Of a DNA stretch of 35,596 nucleotides, positions 24,674-33,700 are shown one piece after another. Source of the stretch: a virus. Where the stretch lies: positions 1-35,596 of the IMG/VR virus record IMGVR_UViG_3300033508_000294. One strand, 5' to 3'. A program made the translations under genes and the position numbers. Each line of letters opens with the position of its first letter. The first letter of the stretch is position 1. The notes beneath the pieces were generated by a model. It was not told where the DNA came from and did no database searches. It worked only from the letters and a program-made list of their open reading frames with translations.

Positions 24674-25083
24674 TCTAATTTCTTTTTAATTTTAGATAAT
24701 TTTAAAGATCTATCCAAATTTGCACCCAATGACTTTCTCAATATTTCATCAGTATCTCTTGCTTTTTTCCATTTATCTTTGACATCCATAAATCTCTTTA
24801 ATCTTTTTAATAATTTTCTTGTTTTAAAATCCCAAAAAGATAGTTCTAATGTATAAATAAGACTACTCTTGTTATAAATATCAATCTGTGAACTATCAAA
24901 ATCACCTAATGATGTACAGGTTTTAAAAAATATTTCACTATCATCACTAATACAAGGACTTTTATATTCCTTATATGAATATTGTAAATTAGTCCATTTT
25001 TCTTGGGTTTCTAATAAACCTCTTAAGATAGTTAAATAAATATCTTTAGTTTCTTTGTCAATATCTAATCTTACCTTATCCAT
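24670..25083 (-). CDS. small protein, K-L-K-K-I-K C-tail family (paralog C)
   Basis: It carries SFWDFK. The C-terminus is ...RSLKLSKIKKKLE. Confidence 0.5.
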   Translation of the reverse strand: MDKVRLDIDKETKDIYLTILRGLLETQEKWTNLQYSYKEYKSPCISDDSEIFFKTCTSLGDFDSSQIDIYNKSSLIYTLELSFWDFKTRKLLKRLKRFMDVKDKWKKARDTDEILRKSLGANLDRSLKLSKIKKKLE

Positions 25084-25084
25084 A

Positions 25085-25489
25085 TTATTTATCTTTATTA
25101 GGTGTTAATGTTCTTTTAATTCTACTCATTAATTTTTGTAATTTATTTCCTCTACCAGCACTTACTCTGAATGTAGTTGGGTCTTTAAAAAAATTTTCAG
25201 ATTCTTTAAGTGTATCACGCCAAAAATCAGTGTAACCTGAGAAGGAATCTATTAGTATAAGCATAAATATATTTTCCCTTAATGCAGTTCTACATAAGGT
25301 TTGTAATTTTTCCAATGTCCACCTAGTATCCTTATATAAATATATGTAAATACTCTGTTCTCTAATAAAAAAGAAAATCATTTCTTCTTCATTTTTTACT
25401 TCATACATATAGTATTCCAATTCATCAAGAATTCTGGTATTGGATAAATCATCTATATTTCCATATAGTTGTAAAAGGTAATGTGTCAT
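25085..25489 (-). CDS. hypothetical protein (first gene of the paralog string)
   Basis: A 134-aa ORF ending ...KLQKLMSRIKRTLTPNKDK. A Bacteroidetes-type promoter lies upstream. Confidence 0.45.
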   Translation of the reverse strand: MTHYLLQLYGNIDDLSNTRILDELEYYMYEVKNEEEMIFFFIREQSIYIYLYKDTRWTLEKLQTLCRTALRENIFMLILIDSFSGYTDFWRDTLKESENFFKDPTTFRVSAGRGNKLQKLMSRIKRTLTPNKDK

Positions 25490-25507
25490 AATTTTTATTT
25501 TAATTTA

Positions 25508-25539
25508 CAAATATACAAATAATTTTAAATAAATACAAA
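25508..25539 (-). promoter_or_regulatory. Bacteroidetes sigma-A-type promoter (minus strand TTTG-N20-TATATTTG)
   Basis: caaatata at 25508-25515 lies 18 nt upstream of the ATG at 25489, and caaa at 25536-25539 lies 20 nt further. Confidence 0.5.
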
Positions 25540-25586
25540 CTTTATCTGAAAAAATGTTTATATAATATTAAATCAATAAAAATAAA

Positions 25587-25823
25587 ATGACAGTAAGCAT
25601 TAGAAATACAAGAGAAGAAAATTTCAAGAAAGAAATTGTCAATTTTACAGATGAACATTATAAATTAGCAAATGATATATATAATCAATTTGGTAATTAT
25701 GGACCATTATTAGTTAGTCAAGAAGATGATACATTATGTTTTGTAGTGAATTTAGCAACCAATAGAGTAGATAAAGAAATAGGAACAAATTTATATAAAA
25801 TAAAAATAATTAAAATAAAATGA
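25587..25823 (+). CDS. hypothetical protein
   Basis: A 78-aa ORF whose stop overlaps the dUTPase ATG (ATGA). Confidence 0.4.
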   Translation: MTVSIRNTREENFKKEIVNFTDEHYKLANDIYNQFGNYGPLLVSQEDDTLCFVVNLATNRVDKEIGTNLYKIKIIKIK

Positions 25824-26422
25824 AGAAACAAGTAGTAAAAGTATTTAATAAGGGTACAAATGATTTACCTAATTATTCAACAGAATTTGCAGCAGGATTT
25901 GATATCAGAGCTGATTTAAGTAGGATTAATCAATTCAGTGATTTAATGGGTAATGATTCATTATCACTTACAATACCAGAAGATGGTAGTCCTAAAGTAA
26001 TTACATTATTTCCTAAAGGTGGTAGAGTATTAATTCCAACTGGATTACACATATCTATACCAGATAATTATGAATTACAAATTAGACCAAGAAGCGGTCT
26101 TGCATTGAAAAATGGTATAACTATTATGAATAGTCCAGGTACAATTGATTGTTTTTCAGAAGATTCATCTATTAAATCAATTAATGGTGATATTAATATA
26201 AAAGACTTAAAAATTAATGATGTTGTTTTATCAGTAAATGAAAATTTAGAAATTGAAAAAGATATTATAACTGCTATTATTGATAAAGGTGTGTTAGAAA
26301 TTAATATTATTGAAACAGAAGATGGTATATTAGAAATTACTGATAATACTTTAGTTTACACTGATAGAGGATTAATAAAAGCAATTGAATTAAAAGAAAA
26401 TGATAATATTTTACATTTTTGA
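25820..26422 (+). CDS. dut: dUTPase N-terminal extein (motifs I-III) fused to N-terminal half of a split intein
   Basis: The dUTPase motifs are AAGFDI (I), [12 protein letters not shown] (II) and NSPGTID (start of III). Cys then begins an intein-like block, CFSEDSSI (block A-like), and the 90-aa segment ends at a stop codon. Confidence 0.8.
   Translation: MKKQVVKVFNKGTNDLPNYSTEFAAGFDIRADLSRINQFSDLMGNDSLSLTIPEDGSPKVITLFPKGGRVLIPTGLHISIPDNYELQIRPRSGLALKNGITIMNSPGTIDCFSEDSSIKSINGDINIKDLKINDVVLSVNENLEIEKDIITAIIDKGVLEINIIETEDGILEITDNTLVYTDRGLIKAIELKENDNILHF
26150..26419 (+). other. N-intein half (about 90 aa) of a naturally split intein
   Basis: The half starts at Cys111 straight after the GTID of dUTPase motif III. 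Block A reads [10 protein letters not shown]. Confidence 0.7.
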
Positions 26423-26474
26423 TATTTTCCACCTCTATAATCTTTATATATAATAGAAAATAATTATAGGAGAA

Positions 26475-27362
26475 ATGATAGAATGTAAAATATGTGGACA
26501 TCAAGTAAAATATAGATTAATTGAACATATTCAAAAAACACATAAATTAGATATAGATTTTTATAAAGAAAATTTTGGTGATGTTATATCTAAAGAATAT
26601 AAAGAAAAAGTTAGTGAAAAATCTAAAGAAAAATGGCAAGAAGAAGAATATAGGGAAAAAACTAAAAAATCAAGAGAATGGATATATAATGATATAGAAC
26701 TTCAACAAAAAAGAACAAAATCTATTTTAAAATATTATTCTGATGGTGGGAAAGTTTGGAATGATGGATTAACAAAAAATGATGATGTAAGATTAAAATC
26801 AATAGGTGAAAAAAATAAAGAACATTTAACAGGAAGAACCAAAGAAAATTATGAATATCTTAAAATACATAGTGATTTAATGAAAGATAGGTGGGAAGAT
26901 AGTAATATATTAAAAGAATGGAAATCAATACAAAATAATGAATACAAAAAAGATATATGGAAAAGAAAAATATCAGAAACAATATCAACTAAAATATTAA
27001 ATGGTGAATTAAATACATTGAGTTCTTTTAAAAGTGGTTGGTATATAAATAGTAATAATAAGTATTGGTATTGTTCAAAATTAGAAGAAGAATCTATGAT
27101 ATTATTTGATAAATATAAATTAGATTGGACAAATAAACACGGTATTAGAATAGAATATTTTTTAAATGAAAAAAGACATTATTATATACCAGATTTTTTA
27201 ATAAAAATTAAAAATATTCATTATATTATTGAAATGAAAGGGTGTGATTGGGATGGTGATACTAAAATTAAAAAAGAATATGCAGAAAAAAAATTAAAAA
27301 ATTATAATATTTTTTATAATTTAAATGATTTAGAAAATTTTATAAACAAAATAATAAACTAA
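26475..27362 (+). CDS. free-standing endonuclease nested between intein halves: C2H2-like Zn finger + Vsr/PD-(D/E)xK-like nuclease domain
   Basis: The N-terminal CKICGHQVKYRLIEHIQKTH is a C-x2-C...H-x4-H finger. The C-terminal YYIPDFLIKIKNIHYIIEMKGCDWDGD resembles the Vsr core (PDIVF...IFVHGCFWHGH). It has its own AGGAGA Shine-Dalgarno sequence 6 nt upstream. Confidence 0.65.
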   Translation: MIECKICGHQVKYRLIEHIQKTHKLDIDFYKENFGDVISKEYKEKVSEKSKEKWQEEEYREKTKKSREWIYNDIELQQKRTKSILKYYSDGGKVWNDGLTKNDDVRLKSIGEKNKEHLTGRTKENYEYLKIHSDLMKDRWEDSNILKEWKSIQNNEYKKDIWKRKISETISTKILNGELNTLSSFKSGWYINSNNKYWYCSKLEEESMILFDKYKLDWTNKHGIRIEYFLNEKRHYYIPDFLIKIKNIHYIIEMKGCDWDGDTKIKKEYAEKKLKNYNIFYNLNDLENFINKIIN

Positions 27363-27367
27363 TAAAA

Positions 27368-27475
27368 ATGAAAAAGACAAAAATTTTATCAATAAAAAGA
27401 GAAAAGAAACAAACCTATGATATTACAGTTAATAATAATCATAATTTCTTTTGTAATAATCACTTAATACATAAC
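27368..27475 (+). other. C-intein half (36 aa)
   Basis: MKKTKILSIKREKKQTYDITVNNNHNFFCNNHLIHN resembles the DnaE C-intein (..VYDIGVERDHNFALKNGFIASN). Confidence 0.7.
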
Positions 27476-27676
27476 TGTGATTATAGGGGTGAAGTTGGAT
27501 TAATTATAGTTAATACAGACCCTAATAAATTATTTGAAATAAGACATGGTGATAGATTAGGACAAGGTGTTTTGAATCAAGTAGAACAAATAGAATGGGA
27601 AAAAGTTTATAGAGTAGAAGATTTAGGTGAAACAGTAAGAGGTGAAGGTGGTTTTGGTCATACAGGTAAAAACTAA
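27368..27676 (+). CDS. dut: C-terminal half of split intein (36 aa) fused to dUTPase C-terminal extein (motifs III-V)
   Basis: TYDITVNNNHNFFCNNHLIHN matches intein blocks F/G and ends in HN. The +1 Cys is followed by DYRGEVGL (rest of motif III), RLGQGV (IV) and RGEGGFGHTG (V). Splicing would give the contiguous motif GTID-CDYRGE. Confidence 0.8.
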   Translation: MKKTKILSIKREKKQTYDITVNNNHNFFCNNHLIHNCDYRGEVGLIIVNTDPNKLFEIRHGDRLGQGVLNQVEQIEWEKVYRVEDLGETVRGEGGFGHTGKN

Positions 27677-27688
27677 AAAATTAAAGAT

Positions 27689-27985
27689 ATGATAATATTT
27701 AGAAATAAATCAAAAAATACACCAGTAGTATTACATCATACAGTACCACAACATACAAGTAGTCCAATAATTACAAATACACCACATAGTGCAACAACAC
27801 TTAATATCAATGGACAACCTATGTATGCAAGTGCTGTTACATATAGTTGGTTTGATCCAGAAGAAGCATTATTAAAAAGGAAAAAAGAATTGATGGATGA
27901 ATTTGAACAGAATCCAGAATTATTCAGTGAAATAATGGTAGAATTAAGACAAAGGAAGATTAAAAAATTAAAAGAAAATATCTAA
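27689..27985 (+). CDS. hypothetical protein
   Basis: A 98-aa ORF with a basic C-tail (RQRKIKKLKENI). Confidence 0.4.
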   Translation: MIIFRNKSKNTPVVLHHTVPQHTSSPIITNTPHSATTLNINGQPMYASAVTYSWFDPEEALLKRKKELMDEFEQNPELFSEIMVELRQRKIKKLKENI

Positions 27986-28200
27986 TGGGATTATTTGTAT
28001 CATATTGTAAAAGATGTAATAGTGCACAAAATTGGTTTATTCATTTAAAAGATGGAATCAAAAAATGTCAAAATTGTGGACATATAAACACAGAAAAAGA
28101 TATGTATGATTCTTTGTGGAATGAACATTATTGGGATGATTATAGATTATTGGAAAGTAGAAAAGAAAAAATCTTAAAATTAAAAAAGTCAATTCATTAG
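27985..28200 (+). CDS. small zinc-ribbon protein
   Basis: CKRC...CQNCGH forms two CxxC pairs. The C-terminus is ...KILKLKKSIH. Confidence 0.45.
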   Translation: MGLFVSYCKRCNSAQNWFIHLKDGIKKCQNCGHINTEKDMYDSLWNEHYWDDYRLLESRKEKILKLKKSIH

Positions 28201-28213
28201 AATTGACTTTTTT
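28182..28213. terminator. bidirectional rho-independent terminator
   Basis: An A-run, the hairpin agtcaattc-atta-gaattgact, then T6. It overlaps the stop at 28200. Confidence 0.75.
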
Positions 28214-29144
28214 AATTTTCCCAATTTGGGTAATAATTTTGAGTAGAAGATAATTTTATTTTCTTTGCGTCTTCTAAATTCATTATATTTTTGAAATCAT
28301 TTCTTATTATATTAGTTTTAGCCAAATCTAATAATTTTATAAATTTTTCCATTTCATCATCATTAGTATTGTATTGATTATTTAATTTATCCATATAAAT
28401 AATACCTGATTTATTAAGTTTTTTATTAATATTTCTCATAAAATCTTGTATTTGTTGATCATTTAATTCTAAAGTATTATTATTAATTCTTCTTTGAATT
28501 GATCTTCTATTAAAAAATGATATAGGAGAATGTTGATATTGTTCCCAGATAGTAATAAATTGATATAATAAATTTTTATCAGTAATTAGATTCTCTACTT
28601 TAAAATGTTTTATTAAAAGTATATAAGATAATATTTCTACTCTTTTATTTTTATCATATTTTTTAAATGAATGAATAAATGCACCCATTTCTCTATCATC
28701 TGCAAAATATAACATAGTTTCTAATAATCCAATTTTATTAGAAATTTTTTGGAAGAAATTTTTAATTTGATTTAATACTGTATTATTTTCATAATCAATT
28801 AATAATATATTCCTATCTATTGTTGATTGTAATACATGTATTAATTCATGATTTAATGTTGCTTTACTTGGTGCCTTTAAATAAATTCCTACACTATTAG
28901 AGTATTTTAAATATGCTGTTTTATTAATAAATTTAGGACTAATACCAATTACTATGAAAACATATGGCCAATCTTTTAAAAAAGGAAACTCTAATGATAA
29001 CTCTTTAATGCTAAAATTATATCTTTTTAATTTATTATCATTCATATATTCTATAATATATGTTGATAATTTAATAATATCTTTATTTATTCCAGTATCA
29101 GTAGAAGATTTTTTTTCTAATAAAAATTCATTAAATGTTTTCAT
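28212..29144 (-). CDS. HExxH zinc metalloprotease-like protein with CTS-like leader (start revised to Met15 of the track ORF)
   Basis: It contains NHELIHVLQ (HExxH). The track ORF start at 29186 lies inside the terminator hairpin of the upstream gene. The internal Met at 29144 gives MKTFNEFLLE|KK, matching the leader family. Confidence 0.55.
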   Translation of the reverse strand: MKTFNEFLLEKKSSTDTGINKDIIKLSTYIIEYMNDNKLKRYNFSIKELSLEFPFLKDWPYVFIVIGISPKFINKTAYLKYSNSVGIYLKAPSKATLNHELIHVLQSTIDRNILLIDYENNTVLNQIKNFFQKISNKIGLLETMLYFADDREMGAFIHSFKKYDKNKRVEILSYILLIKHFKVENLITDKNLLYQFITIWEQYQHSPISFFNRRSIQRRINNNTLELNDQQIQDFMRNINKKLNKSGIIYMDKLNNQYNTNDDEMEKFIKLLDLAKTNIIRNDFKNIMNLEDAKKIKLSSTQNYYPNWEN

Positions 29145-29154
29145 AGTCTTATAT

Positions 29155-29196
29155 ATAAAAAAAATAAGATGATTATTTCTAATCATCTTATTTTTA
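29155..29196. terminator. rho-independent terminator
   Basis: An A-run, the hairpin aagatgatta-tttc-taatcatctt, then T5. It lies just downstream of the stop at 29213. Confidence 0.65.
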
Positions 29197-29212
29197 ATAA
29201 TTTTATTTTAAA

Positions 29213-30283
29213 TTATTTTCTTAATATAAAATTTTCATATGTCATAACATTTCTACGACTTTCTTTAGCCATTTCTGTATCATAACCTTTTCCAAATTCT
29301 GTGCCATCTACAACATCTTTTGCAGTTGCAACTACTTTATCCACAACACTATTTATTGTAGTAACAGCCTTTTCCCAATATTTAGCAATGATACCTTTTT
29401 TATCTTTTGTACCAAATAAATAAGTTATAACATCTTGTGCCATTTTAAATGCAGGTGGAACAATTGCATCCCAAACTGCTGAAATAATTTTCCAAATTAT
29501 AATCCCAATTACCAATACAACAACTACTGTACCTTTAAGTATTATACCAATTGCTGACGCAACATCACCCGGTAAGTTTGCAATAAATTTTAATGTTTTA
29601 TTTAATGGAGAATCATCTTCTTTTACTTGTCTTTTTGCCCAGTTTTGTAAATCTGACCAATTATCTTTCATATAACCTTCTAACATTTGTTTATTCCATT
29701 CCATATTTCCAATTAATCCTAAATCACCTGGTATTACATCTACTGGTGTTCCTATTATTGGATATACAAAATGTTTCATAATCCAAGGTTTAATAGTATC
29801 ATTCCATAATGGTTCTATTTTAGAAGACCAAGGTTTAATTAAATTATCATATAACCACTTTGCACCATCTTTTATTGCTTGTAATAAATCACCTGGTGCA
29901 GCTTTTACTGCTGTCCATTTTTTACTAAAAAAATCAGCAACATCTTTTGTTAACCAGTTAACAAATTTTTCACCTAATATTTTAATTTTATCATACATTT
30001 TTCCTGGTAATTTTTTTGCCCAATCAATACCATGTTCAACTGCAGATATACCACTATTTACAACATTTGTTGCAGTATTCCAAGCACTTGTTGCACCTTT
30101 AACAACTTTACCTGCCATAGATCCTACTGCATTTTTAGCCCTATCAAGCCAACCAATTTTTTCATTTACCACGTAATAAAAAGCTTCATATACTAAATCT
30201 GAACTAATAGTATTATTACTATTTTCATTAACCATATATGCTATGTGTCCTAATTCTTCAAAAATCATATTTACATTTCTCAT
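29213..30283 (-). CDS. hypothetical membrane-associated protein
   Basis: A 356-aa ORF that is Trp/Lys-rich, with one strong TM segment (TVVVVLVIGIIIWKIISAVW). Confidence 0.45.
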   Translation of the reverse strand: MRNVNMIFEELGHIAYMVNENSNNTISSDLVYEAFYYVVNEKIGWLDRAKNAVGSMAGKVVKGATSAWNTATNVVNSGISAVEHGIDWAKKLPGKMYDKIKILGEKFVNWLTKDVADFFSKKWTAVKAAPGDLLQAIKDGAKWLYDNLIKPWSSKIEPLWNDTIKPWIMKHFVYPIIGTPVDVIPGDLGLIGNMEWNKQMLEGYMKDNWSDLQNWAKRQVKEDDSPLNKTLKFIANLPGDVASAIGIILKGTVVVVLVIGIIIWKIISAVWDAIVPPAFKMAQDVITYLFGTKDKKGIIAKYWEKAVTTINSVVDKVVATAKDVVDGTEFGKGYDTEMAKESRRNVMTYENFILRK

Positions 30284-30371
30284 ATTATTTTAATTATTTT
30301 TTTTAAATTTTCTTTATTAAAAGTATATATTAAGAAATAAAACCCATTTTTTGAAAAATTAAAATAAAATA

Positions 30372-30644
30372 CTATTTTTCTTTATAAATAATACAGAAAT
30401 TTCTATTTTCAGTTGAATCAACTACTTCACGATACATATCTCTTACCTTATCTGGTTCAATTTTTTTAGTATAATCTTTCAATAAAACTTTTTTCATCAT
30501 TTTATAATTAATTTCAGTAGGATTTCCTTTGTAGATAATTTTATCTGTTTTAGAATCTAATATCATATCAAGAATCTTTTTAGTTAATTCTTTTTTTGAT
30601 TTAAATGATTCATAAACAACATTTTCTTTGAGCTCTATTTTCAT
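30372..30644 (-). CDS. hypothetical protein
   Basis: A 90-aa ORF. Confidence 0.4.
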   Translation of the reverse strand: MKIELKENVVYESFKSKKELTKKILDMILDSKTDKIIYKGNPTEINYKMMKKVLLKDYTKKIEPDKVRDMYREVVDSTENRNFCIIYKEK

Positions 30645-30748
30645 AAAAAATTGATTATTTTTTAATATATAGTTATATTAATTTGTAAAGTTGTTTTTAA
30701 TTAGGTAAGAAGATTTTTATATATAAAAAAAACCAATTAATTATTTTA

Positions 30749-33700
30749 ATGTCTATAACACCAAATTTAGTATTTTTCAATAAACAAGGATACCCTTATA
30801 ATTTTACAATGTCTGATGGTATTTGGAATGGAAAGATTTTCTTTGAACCAAATAGTACAGACATATTTAAATCATTAACACTATATACATTAGAAAGTGT
30901 ACAATCGATTCAATACACTGATACTTTTGATATTATAAATAAAGAAATTTACAATGATAATGGTATGACATTATCAAGTGGTTATTATACAAACCAACCA
31001 GTAACAAAAATATCAACAGTCAACCAAAGTCCACTATTTTATACAAAATGGATTTATGGAACTAATTTTAATAAATATTTTCCTAAAGGAACAGTAGTAT
31101 CTTTTTTAAGTGGTACTTCCGGATTAGAAGGTGAATCAGATTTTTTACCAAATAATTTCTTTACTGTATTACAAACAACTAAAAATGCATTTATGATTAG
31201 TACTACTACTTCTAATGATATTTTTACATTTATTTATAATAGTGGTAATACTTTTTATGTTAATGCACATGATTGTATATCTATACCTGATAGTGGTATG
31301 ACATATGGTACATTTATATTACCAGATGAAAAAGTATCTGTTGTAGGAAGTCATAATGGGGATAATGATGGTGTTTATGAAGTTAGTACTACTGGACATA
31401 CAACTTCAAGAATATTTGATTATAACCTATCTGGATTAACAAATTATAAAGATTTTATCTATGCTGACCTAACACTTTTAACAGAAAGACCAATATTATA
31501 TCAAGGTCAATTTATAATGGAATATACTGGTAATACTTTATATGCAACTTTTATAGCTGGTAGAAATTCAAATTTAACTGTTGGTTCTAAATTTATTTGT
31601 GAAGATGAAAATATGAATTACTTATTAAGTAGTAATGAATATACAATAACAGAAATTATAACAGAAAATTATATATGTACACCAACTAATATGACATTTA
31701 GTGGTTCAACAGAAGAAGAAGATGATGGTACATTAGTGAATGTTTATAAATTAAGAATGTCAGAAACATATAATATTCAAAAAGGTTGGAATATTAGATT
31801 TGATTCTGGTAATACTACAAGTTACTTTAATAATAATTTAGTTAAAAATGTTACTAATATTGTATCTGGTATTACCTATGTTGGTGAAAGTGGTATAACT
31901 TATTATGATATCTATCTTGATTCATTTATTACTACTGAAACAGGTGTAACTTATTCTATTACACATGTATTAAAACCAGAAGAACAAACTAAAGTTAAAG
32001 TTACAAGTAGTGTAAATGTTTCTACATACACAGGATATGCAATAGTCTTATCAACTACAAATAAAATAAGATATTCACAAGAAGTATTAGATACAAATAT
32101 AAATGATACAATTGACACATTTATAAATAAATATGGAAATATTTTTGAATCTAATGGAATTGATATTTATAGAAAAGAATCAACATTATTATTTGATGGA
32201 AGATATAGTGGTCAAAAACCATATTTTAATATGGAATTATTTATTAATACTAATCCAATTTTAATTAATAGTGGATATTCATATAATTTATCCGGTGATA
32301 CATATTTTTATAATATAATTTTAAAACCTTGTGATATTAGTTATGAAAGATTAAATATGTCTAATAACTTATCCCAATCTTATTATGCTGATATTACATT
32401 AGATTTATTTGATGATAGTCAAGACTTTGGATTTCAATTAATTATAAATGGTGTTCAATATTATACTTCATTTAATAATGATTCTGGTACTACATCATAT
32501 ACACTTGAAACAATTAAAGATTTTATAATAAAATATCATGATGTATTTTATTATAATGGTATTGATATTTATTCTGGTACTACTACATCAGGTAGTACAA
32601 CAATAAATCATTTATATATTAGTGGTGATGAACCAAATGTTGACATTTGGGAAATGAAAGTAAAAGTAAATAAAAATTCTTCTTATACAATTGATGAAGT
32701 TAAAAATAGTTTTATGATGGTTACTGCAAATCAAATTCAATCTTCTAATGTTGATTTTACAAATTTAGGGTTAGCAACTGGTATGATTTTATCTGTTAGT
32801 GGTTCATCTTATCCATTAAATAATAAAGAATTTAATATAATAGGATTAGATTCTAATACAATAGAATTATCTTATCAAGGTCCTATGTACACTGATAATG
32901 CAATATTATCATTAAGAACAAGGGAATATTTAAGAAGACCAAGAGAAACAAATGATAGTGATATTATATATCGTTACAGATGGGAAACTGATTCAAATAC
33001 TAATGTATTAATAGATTCTCAATATGAAACATATCCATCTATGTTTTTATATGATTTAAGTGGTGATAATTTAGTTCCTTATGGTAATAATCCATTATAT
33101 GCTTATACTGGTCCAAAACCATTAGTATCAAGTGGTGATATTGTGTTTCTTAATAAAGAACCAAATAAATCACAAACATATGTTAGTACACCTTATAAAC
33201 AACAAACTGTATTTGATCAATTAGATTTTACCTTACAGAGATTTGATGATGATAATGCAAGTATATTACCACATCCAATTCAAACATTTATTGGTTATAA
33301 TTCTAAAATAGAAGGTGTAGATCAAAGAAATTTAATAATTGAAAGAATAGATAATATTATTTATAGTGGTACTACTGAAAACCCAGGATTATATTTTAAT
33401 ATAAGTAATAATACAATTACTATGGTTAGTGGTTCTACAACTTTTCTTGATTTAGGATTTAAATCAAATAGATATCTAAGAATGAAATTTGATGATAATA
33501 AAGCATATACACAAACAGTATTTGAAGATTATCATGATTATTTAATTACAGATGTTACAAATACAAAAATAACAGTAGATGAAACATTAACAACATTCAC
33601 TACTATGAATGATACTTTTGATTTTGAATTTATATTATTACCTGAAAGAATTGCATACTTTAGTTTATATGGTGAAACAGAAGAAGAAGATGAAAGACTT

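Noticed and set aside
30290-30371. Possible hairpin or terminator at aaaacccattttttg upstream of 29213-30283
   Set aside because: No convincing complementary stem was found.
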